In this document: in pieces, positions 48,121 to 60,920 of the stretch
Layout: every line of letters begins with the position of its first letter
Position numbering within the stretch: position 1 is the stretch's first letter
Source of the DNA: Zootoca vivipara
Taxonomy: Eukaryota
DNA: 64,000 nt
NCBI RefSeq assembly: GCF_963506605.1
Contig: NC_083277.1
Coordinates: 92,132,001-92,196,000 of the forward strand
Direction of reading: 5' to 3'
Program-made: the position numbers and the translations under genes
The notes under the pieces: generated by a model
Database searches by the model: none
Seen by the model: only the letters and a program-made list of their open reading frames with translations
Told to the model about the DNA's origin: nothing

Positions 48121-49692
48121 TGTACACAATGCTCTCCTGAGGTCAGGGGACAAATTCATGACTGTGGTGTGGCTTTGTCACAAGAGTATTGTAAAGATTG
48201 GTGCCCAGTTCTTGGCTCCATGTCTGCTGCTTAATAGTTTTGAAACAACATGCTAGGGTCCATACCCTGACACTTAAGCAGCACTTTCTTTTTTAACAGG
48301 ATGCTTTCATGAGTATATTGATTCTTCCATAGCTGCAGGAGGATGCCCAATTGCTTTCTAACCTGCAGCCCCCAATAAGCTCTTAACTCCTTTCTTCCCA
48401 ACTGCTGGCCAGCTCAGGTGTAGCTAACAGCTAAAGGCAGTGCCTTCTCCCTGCAGCAGGTGTGAAGCCAACAGTGTTCGAAAGCCTCACTCCGCAGCAG
48501 AATTATTCCCTTGGGAACATGTAGCTAGAAACTGATTTTATAACTTTTATACAACAGCCACTTTGAACAACAGTATTGTACATTTGTTAAGATTGGTTCT
48601 CTTTGGAACTTTTAAAAATAAACATTTTACACTTCTGCATATAGTCTCTTGTTGTGATCCATCAAACAGAAAGCTGTTTAAAAGCAGAGTTATAATCACT
48701 TGCGTAGTTGCTTATGGCAAACAAGAATTGTCTCTAGGTGACAAGGCAGAGGTTTTATCAAAGTTGGTTCTTTCGCTTTCTTTTTTCTAGGTCAGAATAT
48801 GTATTATGGAGTCAGGGGAGATAGTAAAAAATAAAAGGGAGGGAGCTAAGTTTTGTGAATTTATTTGCAAGGATGCTTTATGATGTATACAGAGGCTATT
48901 CTTTGGAAATGGCTTCCTCTAAGGGCTGTTCTCTCATGTATGTTCCTTATTTGATGACTGCAACATCAAATGATGGCTCACATAATTCAATGGGCCATCT
49001 TAGGTAAGATACTGCAAATAAAACTTTTCAGCATGTGACGAATAGGCATGTGTGAATCAAGCCAAAGGAAAGCTATTCATACAGCATATTGAAGTTAAGC
49101 ATACTTTAAGTGAGATCAATTTTAACCTAGTCGTTCATTCATTCTCACATGCCAGTGTCGACTAACCAATGGCACAAAGGCACTGTAGAGAAAGACCATT
49201 CACGAGACATACAAGGAGAAGACCAGGATGTAGTTTCAATCTTTTACAGCTATTAATTTTCAGCCTGGTTCTACTTTGGCCTAGCACGCTGCTAAAAGCC
49301 ACTGCTGAGGAGTACAGAATTGTAACCTCTTTTACAATCCCTCTGAAGACTGCTTTGATGCTAACTAGGTCATTCTGTGTTGTGAACAAAACCCTCCGTC
49401 TCAAAAGAGACTAGAGAAACCAAGATGCATATACACAGGGCCCTGTACTGACAAGGTCACCCGAAAATGGAATAAACAGGATTTTTAATTTCTGCAAGTC
49501 AGAAAAATGAGACATTTTATTTCGGCTAAGATTTTCTTCAGGTCGTTTCCTTTTTCAAAGAGCCAATTGAGAAACCGGATTATCGCCCTTCCAGGCTGGT
49601 GCTATGCAAAGGAAGGCATATGGGATATACAGTATTTCCTTTCCTTGTCTTGTAGCAAAGTCTCAGACCTCACATCCTGCAGCTGCCATTCT

Positions 49693-49914
49693 CTACCACC
49701 ACCGGTAGTGAGCAAAAGCTCGGTTAGATTCTGCCATCTTGTGCAACTCATGCTTTTTCTTTATGATAGGTCCTTCATTGCTGAAGGCGGCCAGAAGCTC
49801 TTCGGAAAGCTTTTCGTACATAAATGTCCGCCTGTGTTTGTTTTCCCTACATTCCCTGAGCAGCCACTTCATGGCTAAAAAGCGTCGGCGGTTGTCTGAC
49901 AAAGGGGTTGGGAC
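49693..49914 (-). CDS. MRPS7: MRPS7 last coding exon, 222 nt (total 723 nt, 240 aa)
   Basis: [17 protein letters not shown]...[16 protein letters not shown]; AATAAA on - strand at 49516-49521. Confidence 0.98.
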   Translation of the reverse strand, partial: VPTPLSDNRRRFLAMKWLLRECRENKHRRTFMYEKLSEELLAAFSNEGPIIKKKHELHKMAESNRAFAHYRWW

Positions 49915-50092
49915 CTGCAAGAGGCAAAAACAAACAAACCCCATCAGAAATTAACATAACTTTACATTGAATTTATACTGCTTTTAGTCTGTATTTTGTT
50001 TTGCGAACCGCCCTGAGATCTTGTGATGAAGGGCGGTATAAAATCTAAAATAAATAGAATTTATTTTGCACAGAATTGGGAACACTTAAGTA

Positions 50093-50264
50093 CAGGCATA
50101 CCTCAGGTTACGTATGCTTCGGGTTGCGTACTCCGCAAACCTGGAAGTATTTTTTGCCGCGTGCGTGGTCTGTGCATGCGCAAAATGGACACTCGGGTTG
50201 CGTACTTTTCGTGGTGCGAATGGCCCCCCGGAACAGATTGAGTACGTAACCTGAGGTACCACTG
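50093..50264. mobile_element. Tigger-like MITE
   Basis: TIR caggcatacctcaggttacgta/tacgtaacctgaggtaccactg. Confidence 0.8.
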
Positions 50265-51015
50265 GACTTGCAAAACTTTTGGATATTTTTAGACAACTAC
50301 TTCAGTGGGAAAATCAAGGTTGCCAAGTTGGCGAGCAAAAGTTGCAAAACAAGAAATGGTTGGAAGGCGCTCAGTGGGGCTGGCCTACCTAAGGCATTTT
50401 GCTGCCTAAGGCAGTGCAGCAAAAGGTTCCCTCCCCACAAAATCAAATTATATAGTACCCCAGGCCAACCAAGTTATTGTGGCACTTGAGGCAGAAAATC
50501 CTGCAAGTACCTTCCCTGCTCCTAGTGTTAATAAATAAATCAAACTAAAACCTGATATTCTCAAGAAGTTTCAAGTTCACATATGGGCAGGATATTATAG
50601 GCCACTGGTGATCACATAATAAAAGTTTCAAAGCGATTCAAAAGAAAAAAATACCAAGGGGCTAATTATGCTATAGAATGTTACTATTAAAATCAATGAA
50701 ACCAGCGCAAGTAGTAAAGTTTATCTTGTTTGACTGCCAACTGCAGCAAAGCAAAGTCCGAAACTGAAGCTACATAGATGGAAGTTGAAGTCCCTGGAAC
50801 TGTGAACTGCTATGGATACTTAATGATAGCAATGGTTCTACTTTGGGGGAAAGATAATCCAATAAGCTTTAGATTAGGCACGAGGAACCTTTTTGCCCTC
50901 CGAATGTTGCTGAACTACAACTTGATAGGAGTTGTAGTTGAGCAACATATAGAGGCCGAAGGTTCCTCTCACCTACACTAGATCATCATATCACCAGTTT
51001 TAATTTATTGCTTAC

Positions 51016-51183
51016 CTGGTAATTTTTGCCTCCTTTCTGGACAGTCACCAGCCCAATGACAGGCTGGCAGTTACTCAGTGCCTGGTGGAAGATAGTGTAT
51101 GGATTGCACTCAATGTTTTCTTTTTCCTTCTCTTCTGCTTTATGGTACTTCTCAAGCTGCTTCCTCTTGATTGCTTCTAAAGT
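51016..51183 (-). CDS. MRPS7: MRPS7 coding exon 4, 168 nt
   Basis: [14 protein letters not shown]...[20 protein letters not shown]...KGGKNYQ. Confidence 0.97.
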
Positions 51184-51737
51184 CTTAATTGAGGGGGGGA
51201 AACACTTAAAAAATAAAGCCCTAATACCCTTGCATGTGGTACCCAGGCCCTTGAGGGCTTTTTCAGTCAAGAGTTCAATTTATAAACAAATAAAATTCCT
51301 TCTTGACTACTGGAAATCTGGAAATCTGGCCCAGACACTCTCAAGCCTCAGAGCCACTAGCAGACATTTTCTACAATTTTTTTAAAAAGTTATAACTAAC
51401 CCAAGGGCCCTTAAAGAAAGCTGAAAGAAAGTTCCTGGTCTAGACTGAATTTAAGGCTGAAAGACAAATTTCACAATAATTGCAGACCTACAGCACTTCC
51501 CCTTTCCATAAGGAGTGACAGAAGTTACATATAATCTGCGATACTGCAAGATTTGTCATTCTGTTTGCAAGTCCTCTTAACAGGAGGGAGAGCTGTGGAA
51601 ATACAAAAAATGAGAACAAGGATGAAAGGACTAAGGAAGGGACTATATATGGCCTTTAAAATGGGAACAGTCTTTGCCACATTGACATTAATGTGGTAGT
51701 GGAGTGGGGGGAAAGTAGCAGAAACCTGAGAAGTTAC

Positions 51738-51801
51738 CTTATTTATGATGTTCCGGGACAAAAATTTATCTCCTCCCTTCATCATCATGCTAGTGAATTT
51801 G
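51738..51801 (-). CDS. MRPS7: MRPS7 coding exon 3, 64 nt
   Basis: KFTSMMMKGGDKFLSRNIINK; cag/gtaact. Confidence 0.95.
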
Positions 51802-52655
51802 CTGTAACGAGAAAACAAATGGCATTCCTGGCATCAGCACCACAGCATAAGATCCCTACAATGAAAATCTGCCATTATACTGATCAACCATTCCAACATT
51901 TATGGAGTTTTTGGGGAAGAGTATCAGTTTCTCAGGCACTCCTGAGAAACTGATACACTTCCTCAGGAATGCCTGACGTGCTCTGGTCCATGGGATCACG
52001 ATTCGGACACGATTAAACAACAACAACATCAGTTTCTCAATATATGCCTCCGATCCACCTGGCACATTCCTAGAAAGGAAGATCAATAGATGGGTGGCAG
52101 TTTGCTGCTTCTGCCACTGAGTGCTGTTGCACAACATCCTTACTTTTACATCACAACAGGGCATCGTGAAGCCTATGTGGCTGCTGATGGGTGGCAGCAG
52201 CACCCAATTCAGAAACAGATAGTGGCATCTGGAATGGGTGGTTCTTCAACCCAGCACCTCTATGTTTCTGCTTCCCCACAGTGCCCTCTGGTAAAGGTGC
52301 CAAGTGTTTCTTCCCCACATGGTGGTACTTGGTGATGAAAGCAAACCACTACAAACAGCCTATAGCCCTAACTGGCAAAGAAAGTAAGAACCGTCAAAGT
52401 CAGAACACAGTTCAGACCTAGCATCCTGTGTCCAACAGCAGTCAGCAGGAGTATTCCAGACTGGTCTATTTTATAATAAATCACTACCCATTAAGCCCCA
52501 GTACTTTAGGACATTTTGATAACAATGCTGTACTCCCTGGTTATTTCAACTACCCAATATACTTTGGCCAACTACATTATGAAATCAGATTTCTTTGTTA
52601 AGTGATAGACATAGGCAAAAGGACTAGATTCAGTCAAGTATGGCAGCATTCAGAC

Positions 52656-52847
52656 CTGATTAATGGATCATAGAATACAGAGCTGGTGACATTGGAAGGG
52701 GTGGCTTTTATAGGTCTGACTTTTTTGAGTTCCCGTTTGACTTTTTCTTCATCTGATATTTGTTCTGGAGGTTTATGATACACTTCTTTGTTCACTTCTG
52801 GTTCAAGGTAAACAGGACTATATCGGCTCCATCTGACCTGAGTCAGC
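52656..52847 (-). CDS. MRPS7: MRPS7 coding exon 2, 192 nt
   Basis: [16 protein letters not shown]...PIKA...[11 protein letters not shown]. Confidence 0.96.
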
Positions 52848-53319
52848 CTACAAAGGATATGAAAAGCAGAAAAAGAATGTTACACAAATATTTTCAATCT
52901 GAAGAAGTGAAACTATTCTGCATGCAAATCCCTTTCCTATATCTAATTCTGTAACCCGAACCCATTGGGCTTAGACACACCTGCTTCTACATAGGATCAG
53001 ACAGCTCAGTTTCATATTCATGGTCAGGATAGCTACTGTTAGAATGTAGTTACAAGGAGCTTTTTTCAACCCATTCTATGGATGTTTTGACAGATTATAC
53101 TCCATGTCACAATGCTAGTATGGAGTAAGAGGAAGATAGTTCTCATTGGTATATTTCACACTGATCTGACATATCTTAAGTGAGTATTACACTAAGGAAA
53201 TTATACAGTTGTTGTTGTTGTTTGGTGGCATCTTGGGCTAAGCAGAATTCTAGGCACTGACAAAATGAGAAATTTCCTTCCAATTCTACAATTCTATGAT
53301 TTAGGTTTGTTCTAGTCAG

Positions 53320-53410
53320 CATAGCTGCCAAGTTATCCCTTTTTTTACAGGGATTTTCCCTTATGCTGAATAGGCTTCCTCGCGAGAAAAGCGAAAACTT
53401 GGCAGCTATG
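53320..53410. mobile_element. 91-bp hAT-type MITE
   Basis: TIR catagctgccaagtt/aacttggcagctatg; perfect 8-bp TSD ctagtcag. Confidence 0.9.
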
Positions 53411-53739
53411 CTAGTCAGTCTTGTTGGCTTGCATAATGTGCCCCAGATACTCCAGTCCAAAAGACCCTGCAGTGCTCCCCCATATCCCAGCATCTATCAC
53501 ATTAGTATACAGATGTGGATAATGTACAAAATTATTCCCTTTCTTTCCTAAAGAGGGACACGGCAGGTCCACCACAAACAACTCTTCTGATAGCAAGTCA
53601 CATAAACATGCAAAATGAAAATACAGAAGTCAACCTTGGGAGGGCTGTTTTCACAATGAAAACTCAGCAGTACCGTGAATTAACAGTTCTGAGCTATATA
53701 AAAAACAAGACCTAAATATATTATTATTACAGTATTGTT

Positions 53740-53741
<2 letters not shown>

Positions 53742-53779
<38 letters not shown>
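53742..53779. repeat. (TAA)n microsatellite (tail of an antisense retroposon fragment)
   Basis: Direct read. Confidence 0.9.
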
Positions 53780-54283
53780 TACCACCCTATACCTGGAGGT
53801 CTCAGGCCGGTTCACAGAAAAGATCAACATAAAAAACACAATATATCTATAAGCAAAATAAAAACAACCCAATAACACCCCCCCAAAAAGCCACATTTTA
53901 AAAGGACATAGGATGTCAATACATGCACATATTCTCTTGATTTCTATAAGCTTTTCTTTCAAATGAGATTTCTTGTTCTCATAGGAGGCGTGGACCATAA
54001 ACACTGGTTTACTTTTAACGGGCATGTTATCTGCCGTTCTGCTGTGCCGCTCCGTATTGAACTTTATTCTCTTAACTAGGGATATTTGCTAAGACAGATA
54101 TCCCCCCCAATACTGCGACTCATTGGAGGCGAGGCAAGGATAACCCAGGATGCTCTAGGGAGCCAAATTAGGGTGCGAGCTCAGTTCTCAGATACGAGCA
54201 TCTGCATTCCACAAGATCGATCCAAACCCTCCCAGCCGCTCTCCCGGAGCCTCTCCCACCCCGTCGTCCCCCGTTGCTCTTAC

Positions 54284-54360
54284 CCGGGCAACCAGACCTT
54301 CCAGGAGCCGCACAGCCGCTGCCTCGCTGCCCCGAGCTTCTCCACCATGGACGCAGCCAT
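54284..54360 (-). CDS. MRPS7: MRPS7 coding exon 1, 77 nt (mitochondrial targeting region)
   Basis: MAASMVEKLGAARQRLCGSWKVWLPG; donor gtaaga; phase fits exon 2. Confidence 0.92.
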
Positions 54361-55162
54361 TTTGCTTATCTCCTCAGGACCCCACCCAGGGCTGTCCAAA
54401 GCTACTGCCTGAAAAAAATGTCGCTTTACTTTCTTGCAGTTGCGCGCCTGGCAGGCTTCTTGCATAGCAGCTTTTTGCAAGAGAAAGACAGGCAGCCAGC
54501 CACGCTGTTGTTATTTCCTTAACGTTGCGCAAGCTTTATTCGGTTTTTCTTCAGGCGGCGTAAACAGGTTACCCCTGGCCCGCGCAAAGGCCCAGAAACT
54601 GATCTGGCTATATAGTTCACTGTGCAAAACCAATGCCGACCCCGCTAAATTCAACGTATCGCTAAAGAAACGAAGACTGTGTGTAGGCAGTGCGGCAGGC
54701 GTGAGAAAGAGGAATTTTGTGCTCCAGTGCATTGATGGGCTGTCATAAAAGGCTGCATCTTGTTGCAGAATATTGCAGCTCTGCAGAGCAATGGAAATTC
54801 TTTATACTGTATTTTAAATAAAGAGTTCTTGACACGGAGATTTTTTGCGGGGGCGATGTTCCCACACATTTTTGAAACCTCTTTTGTGGCAGTGACCCGA
54901 AAAGTTGGAACGGGGAGGAAATAGCAACAAGGGCCATGATGATTTTTTTTTTAACAATAGCAATGATTTATTAAGTTGACGGGTGTTTTTAAATCGAGCT
55001 GATCTCCTGCTCAGTGAAATAACAACGAGAGCCTGAGCATTAGCCCTTGCATGAGGAGGTGGAGGCGCTGATCCTCTCCTTTCCTTCCCCCGCAGGGGCC
55101 GGGCCCGGCCGGGCTGTGGCGTCGCCTGAGCGCGGGGCGGAGTCTCTAGGCCGGCCGGCAAC
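54361..55162. promoter_or_regulatory. Bidirectional MRPS7/GGA3 promoter
   Basis: Divergent ATGs ~800 bp apart; CpG-rich; GC box ggggcgg ~55134; CCAAT ~54631; YY1-like motifs over both start codons. Confidence 0.85.
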
Positions 55163-55202
55163 ATGGCGGAGGCGGAAGGGGAAAGCCTGGAGTCCTGGCT
55201 GA
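55163..55202 (+). CDS. GGA3: GGA3 coding exon 1, 40 nt
   Basis: MAEAEGESLESWL; donor gtgagt. Confidence 0.96.
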
Positions 55203-58200
55203 GTGAGTAACCCGCGTCCTCTCCCCTTCCGCCGAGCAAGGGGGGTGAGGTGGGGTGGGGGGACGGCGGTAGCATGGCCGGGGCTGGGAAAGCAAGCCGT
55301 GGGGAGCAGGAGACAGCCCCACCCGGAGCCCCGGGGTGTGGGGAATGGTGGGGTGTGAGGGATGCTTGCATCTCCGTAGAGGCAATGACATCCCAAAGGG
55401 AAGGGCTGGAGGTAGATGGGGAGAAGGAAAAGGGGGGATCGTGGTGGGGCAGAGATGTAGGGTTTTTTGGGGGGGACACTTGAGGCAGAGGATGTAGGGC
55501 TAAAGCCAGAAGGGCCAGACGCAAAGGGCGTCTTCTTTGCCCCTAATTATAGGAGAGAGCAAATGGGATGGTGCAGCTTTTCTTGACATATTGGCCCGGC
55601 CAACATTTCGTTTTCTACACAGTTATTAGAGGTCAAAGAAGCCCCTGCTGATCATGGCTGTGTTGGTCCGACCTACCTGTGGCTGTCACCTGCCTTCTGT
55701 CCAAGCCTGTGCCTCTTACCTTTTTGCTCATCCAGTCTGTCCTGGCTATAGCTTTGTGCCCAGTGCTTCCAATTCCCGCTGCCCGGTTTATGCCAGGAGC
55801 GGGAAACCTGTGGGCCTCCAGATGTTGTTGGGAACCCAGTTCCCATCAGCAGCCTCAAGCAGCATAGCTAAGAGTGAAGAATGTTGGGGCCCGTAGATCA
55901 GCAATATCTGAATGGCCATAGATTCCCCTGCGCCTCTTTTGTGCCCATAGAATAGCTTATGAGGAGAGGTTCTCTTGACCTCGTAGTATTGGGCATTTAA
56001 TGAACCTCCCTTTGATTCAGGGAGTGGAAATCCATATGTTGCTCTCTGCTTTCCTTACTCCACCAGGTTCCATTTAAGGTGACTCTACTTCTCTGTTGTC
56101 TGTGTCTGTCTGTGCATCGCTTTATACAGTGTACATGTTGTTGATATTATTAGACAGCTTTGTCGCTTTTGAGAAGACCATACAGATTCCTCATGCCTGT
56201 TCAACCTTGCCTCTGCCTTTGCAAGGCTTCTTTATAAAGTTGGTACTCCGTTTTTAGGAATAACACAAGCAGTATACTGCTGGCTATGAACCTGGTAGGG
56301 CCTGGTTCAAATTTTACCTCAGCCATGAACTTAGCTAGGTGTCTTTAGGCAAGCCATTATCTCTCAGACTTATTATATTGTCTATACATATGGGAATAAC
56401 AGCACTTGACTACCTTAAAGGGCTGTTGCAAGAATGACTCAGATGTTTGCGATACTCAATGAAAATTGGAAACGCACTCTATTCATTAGCAATGTTCCCT
56501 CCCTCGACATTTGTGGGAGCCCAGTCTATGGCTGTATCACTTCTATCTACTGGTAATACTTCTTCTCCACCCTAACGTTAAAATATTTCATAACTGGTAA
56601 TTAGCTATACAGTAATAGCCATTTCCTGGGTGTAAATGGGACACTTAATGTATTCCTTTTGTAGCATCCAGGGTATGTTGTAATGTGCTCTGGTTACAAG
56701 TTTTGTCAGCTAGGTGTCTTTTTATTAATTTATTACTTTTATTGCCCACCTTCCTTTCAAGAAGCTCAGGGCTGCGTGATACGTGATTTTCCTCTCCTCT
56801 TTTTTTTCTTACAGCAACCTGTAGGGTAGGACAGGCTGAGAGATAATGACTGACCAAAGGATACTCAGTGAATTTCAGCAGCCCCTGCACCACACTACCT
56901 TTGACTGCCTCATGTACCTGAAGACTATGCTATATATTTCTGTCTGTAAAGGTCCTTTACTATCTCCCACTTCCTAAAATAGTTATTGCAGTACATTGCT
57001 GTTATTGTCAATTTCCATTGTTTCTGAACGTGCCCAGGTTATTCTCCCCACCTCACCCCCAATTTAGGGTTGTTTTTTTAAGGGCGGGGAATTGCCATTT
57101 ACTGAAAGAAATGTAGCTACAACCTCCTTTGTACCTGTTCTTTCCATCCACTCAGCTGATGCTTCTTGCAGCTGTGCCTGTCTCGGCCTGAACTCTTCCA
57201 TCTTACTCACTTCCTGGTCATTTCCTCCTTTCAAATTCTACAGATCCTAAGCTCCCCCAGGGAGAAAAATGCACCAAAGAAAGTTATACCCCTAGCTTGT
57301 TTCTGCATGGAGTTGGGTGCTAGGTCTTGTGTTTTGACCCGTGCAAATAAAAAAGCGCTGTCTCCAATATGGATCCGGGGACGGACGGACCATGTGCACT
57401 TGAATAAGCAGTGCACTCAAACCGAGACATCTAAGCAGAAACCCAGAACTGCAATTGCAGTGGACACAGACAGCCTGAAGTCTAGCCCTATTAACCAGTG
57501 ATTCATTTCTTTTTTCTTTTTTTAAAGAAAGGTTGTGAAATGTGTGCATTCTTCTAAGTAACTGCTTCCTTAGCTATAAAAACCAGTTCTCTTTTCCCTT
57601 CTCTCATTTCTCTGCTTGTTTCCATTTCCATTCTCTCTCTCTAAGTAGACTGTATTCTGACATATTCTTCAGTCTGTACCAAAACTACAGTATTCCTCAG
57701 TTAATGTTTTATGTTACATCATGGAATACATTATAAAGATGGTGGAAGGAAACAAATGTTTCTCAAGTTAAAAGACATAAGAACATTCCTGCAGGATTAG
57801 TCCTGCACAAGGACTTCTGCTAATGCAATGGGGGAAAGGCTCTTGTTCCACTGCAGCACAGCAGCCCTTTCATACTTTGCTTCAAGGTTGGCTGTTACAG
57901 GTGACCTCTTCAATGCTCCTTTGTTAAAGTGATCTTGCTGTGCTGGACAGGGCATAGAACAGGGATGGGGAACATGGTTTCTTCCAGAAGTTATAGAATC
58001 ATGGACTTGGAAGGGAACACTAGGGTCATCCAGTCCAACCCCCTGCAATGCAGGGATCTTTTGTCATTGGACTCTACTTCCCAGCATCAGCCCCAACTTG
58101 CATGGCCAAAGGTCAGGGATGATGGAAGTTGGAGTCAAATAACACATGGAGGGCCACACATCCCCCGCACCTCCGTCACAGGAGGGGCACGGCAGAAGTG

Positions 58201-59142
58201 CAGTGCCATTTGCTGGATCATAATCTGGTAAACAAGAACCCAAGTCTCGAGTTTCAAAGAACTCCTCTTCAGAATAATTCTTTGCAGGTCAAAAGTGGAT
58301 ATTCTGCTTTTTACCAATAGAAGTGGGACAATTTAAGATAAAAAATGAACTGTATTGCCATTTATCTTTTTACCTTTAAGGGTATCAATCTCACTGGGTG
58401 ACCTCAGTCTCGCCTAACCTCCCTCGCAGGGTTGTTGTGAGGATAAAATAGAAAACAGGGAGCACTGAACCATGTGTGCCACCCTGAGCTCTTTGGAGGG
58501 ACGGATAAAAATGAGATACAGTATATTGTAAATACAGTCATTGAATCACAGGGGTCATTCTGTGGAAGAGGCTGGGAAATCAATATGTTCAGTAACCCTG
58601 TTTGAACTACTTCTTATAGACTGATAGCCTAGGGGTGGAAAGCCATTTATTCAGCACAATGGGGACCACACTGAGCTGGACCTCTGTCAATGCTTTCCTG
58701 ATTTTATTTATATGGTATAGCATGAATATGCTAAGATACCGGGCTGTGCCCTAGTGAGCAGGTAGCTATTCCTTTTTGAAACTTATTGTGAAAGACCTAG
58801 TGTATTCCTGGTGTTACAGATATTCTTGAGGCTGAGGACTTTATTTGTATTGTAAATACTTTCCTGCTACTGAATACATTTGTGGCACATTCAGTATTTA
58901 CTGAATCACTTTCCTGCTATGAAAACAATTCTGCCCAATGTAATAAAATGATGTTTATGTATGTATTAAGGATATGCAGTGACACACATCTCCTCTTCTT
59001 TTTATTAACCCCATGGACAGTTAGTCACTGAATATATCCCCATATGTATGAAGGAAATGTTTAAGTGAAAGGACAGAGCAGAATTCCTGATTCCAGGCTG
59101 CTGAAAGTTTAGCTGGAAGGTCATTTGAAACAAAGCAATATA

Positions 59143-59419
59143 CAGTGGTGCCTCGCTAGATGAATTTAATTCGTTCCACGGGTCAATTCTTATAACGAAA
59201 AATTCATCTAGCAAATCCCATAGGAATGCATTGAATTTTTTATTTTTGCCCATAGGAACGCATTAATTGAATTTCAATGCATTCCTATGGGAAACCGTGA
59301 TTCGCTAGACGAATTTTTCATAAAACGAATTCGTCTAGCGAGGCAACCTCAGCTCGAAAAATCCTTTTGTTAAGCGAAAAATTCGTCTTACAGGGCGTTC
59401 GTCTAGCGAGGCACCACTG
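59143..59419. mobile_element. Tigger-like MITE
   Basis: TIR cagtggtgcctcgctaga/tctagcgaggcaccactg; TA TSD; internal palindrome. Confidence 0.92.
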
Positions 59420-60660
59420 TAAATATACTCAGGGAACAGTTCTGTGGAGACTCTGAGAAGACGTACCGGTAGGTCCTGAACAAAGACAGGAAATAATTAC
59501 AAAAAAAGTTGGGAAACAGCTCATGTTTTCCCAAGTCACAGCATAGAGGATTCATCCATGCCATGGATATTACCGGTATTATTTTTTGCCTTCAAATGAG
59601 ACTTCAAAGTGTCAGCACAGTGAGAAAGCCATGTTAGCAACCTGATACTTTGGTCCTGATGTTGCAGTTGGACAGGTGATGACCCAGCAACAAATTATCC
59701 CCTCATATTTGGGAGTTAACATAATAGGATGGTCTTTGCCTGAGCTTTCATTCCTATCTTTAGCCAAAAAGCAATGGTTGAACATGGAATACAGCACTCA
59801 GTTGCTCCACACAACCATCTTCTTTTGCTTTTGTATTCTCTGCTGTTCCTGTAGCTGAGCCATCTCCACCGCACTAGGTATTGTCTCTAAATGTAGCATG
59901 CAAACTGTGAGACAGGTTCCCCTAGAACTCTGAGTGCGGGGGTCATAAAGAGCATGTAACAAACCTACAGAGGATAGAAATATATGAGGCTGCTTACTAG
60001 CAAAGATTCTCTGTTTCCTGAAGTTTCGGTGTTTGAATGGATAGCCACCCTTAGTTTATAGGGAATATACAATGTTTCGGTTTAGGGGAGTGGAAATAAG
60101 TTTTATGAGCAGTGCTGTGTTGATCTGCTACAAGATGTGATCCAGATGTTTTGACAACAAATGTCCTGGGGTTGCACTGTGGCAGAATTATTTATTTGTT
60201 AATTACGAAGTATCGGTACCATCCTCTAGGTTGCTGGTGCTCTAGCCCGAGAATGGAACAGGCCAAGTTCGGTCTCTTGAGATGAAGCCTGCTGTACTTA
60301 TTATTTTGGCTGTGGCAGTATAAAACTTTGTCCATTTGGGGACTATTATAGTAAGGAAGTGAGGTCATAATCTGGCCCCCTTGTTTCTCAAATGTTAAAA
60401 CATATTCCTACATTATTTGCACCTATAGGCATCTAACAGCCATGAGACCCAAATGTTTTTGGACGTACGCGATTTTCGAATACACATGGAACCCCTGGAA
60501 TTGAACCCCCACATAAGATACAATTGTACTATACAGAGAATTTCCTGCAGAGGTTTTGCTTTTTTGTGTACATGTGGGAGAGAAAGCCTAGGGTTTGTGG
60601 TCTGATCCCTCAAGGTGCTACTTGTGTTCGTAAGACTGACTATTTATGAATCCTTTACAC

Positions 60661-60920
60661 CAGGGGTCAGCAAACTTTTTCAGCAGGGGGCCGGTCCACT
60701 GTCCCTCAGACCTTGTGGGGGTGGACGCGGACCATATTTTGAAAAATAAATTAAAAATGAACGGATTCCTATGCCCCGCAAATAACCCAGGGATGCATTT
60801 TAAATAAAAGGACACATTCTACTCATGTACAAACACGCTGATTCCTGGACCGTCCGTGGGCCGGATTTAGAAGGCGATTGAGCCGGATCCGGCCCCTGGG
60901 CCTTAGTTTGCCTACCCATG
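60661..60920. mobile_element. hAT (Charlie/Buster-type) MITE
   Basis: TIR caggggtcagcaaact/agtttgcctacccatg; TSD ctttaca(c/t). Confidence 0.85.

Noticed and set aside
54814-55524. 236-aa minus-strand ORF at the GGA3 start
   Set aside because: Pro/Ala-rich CpG-island artefact
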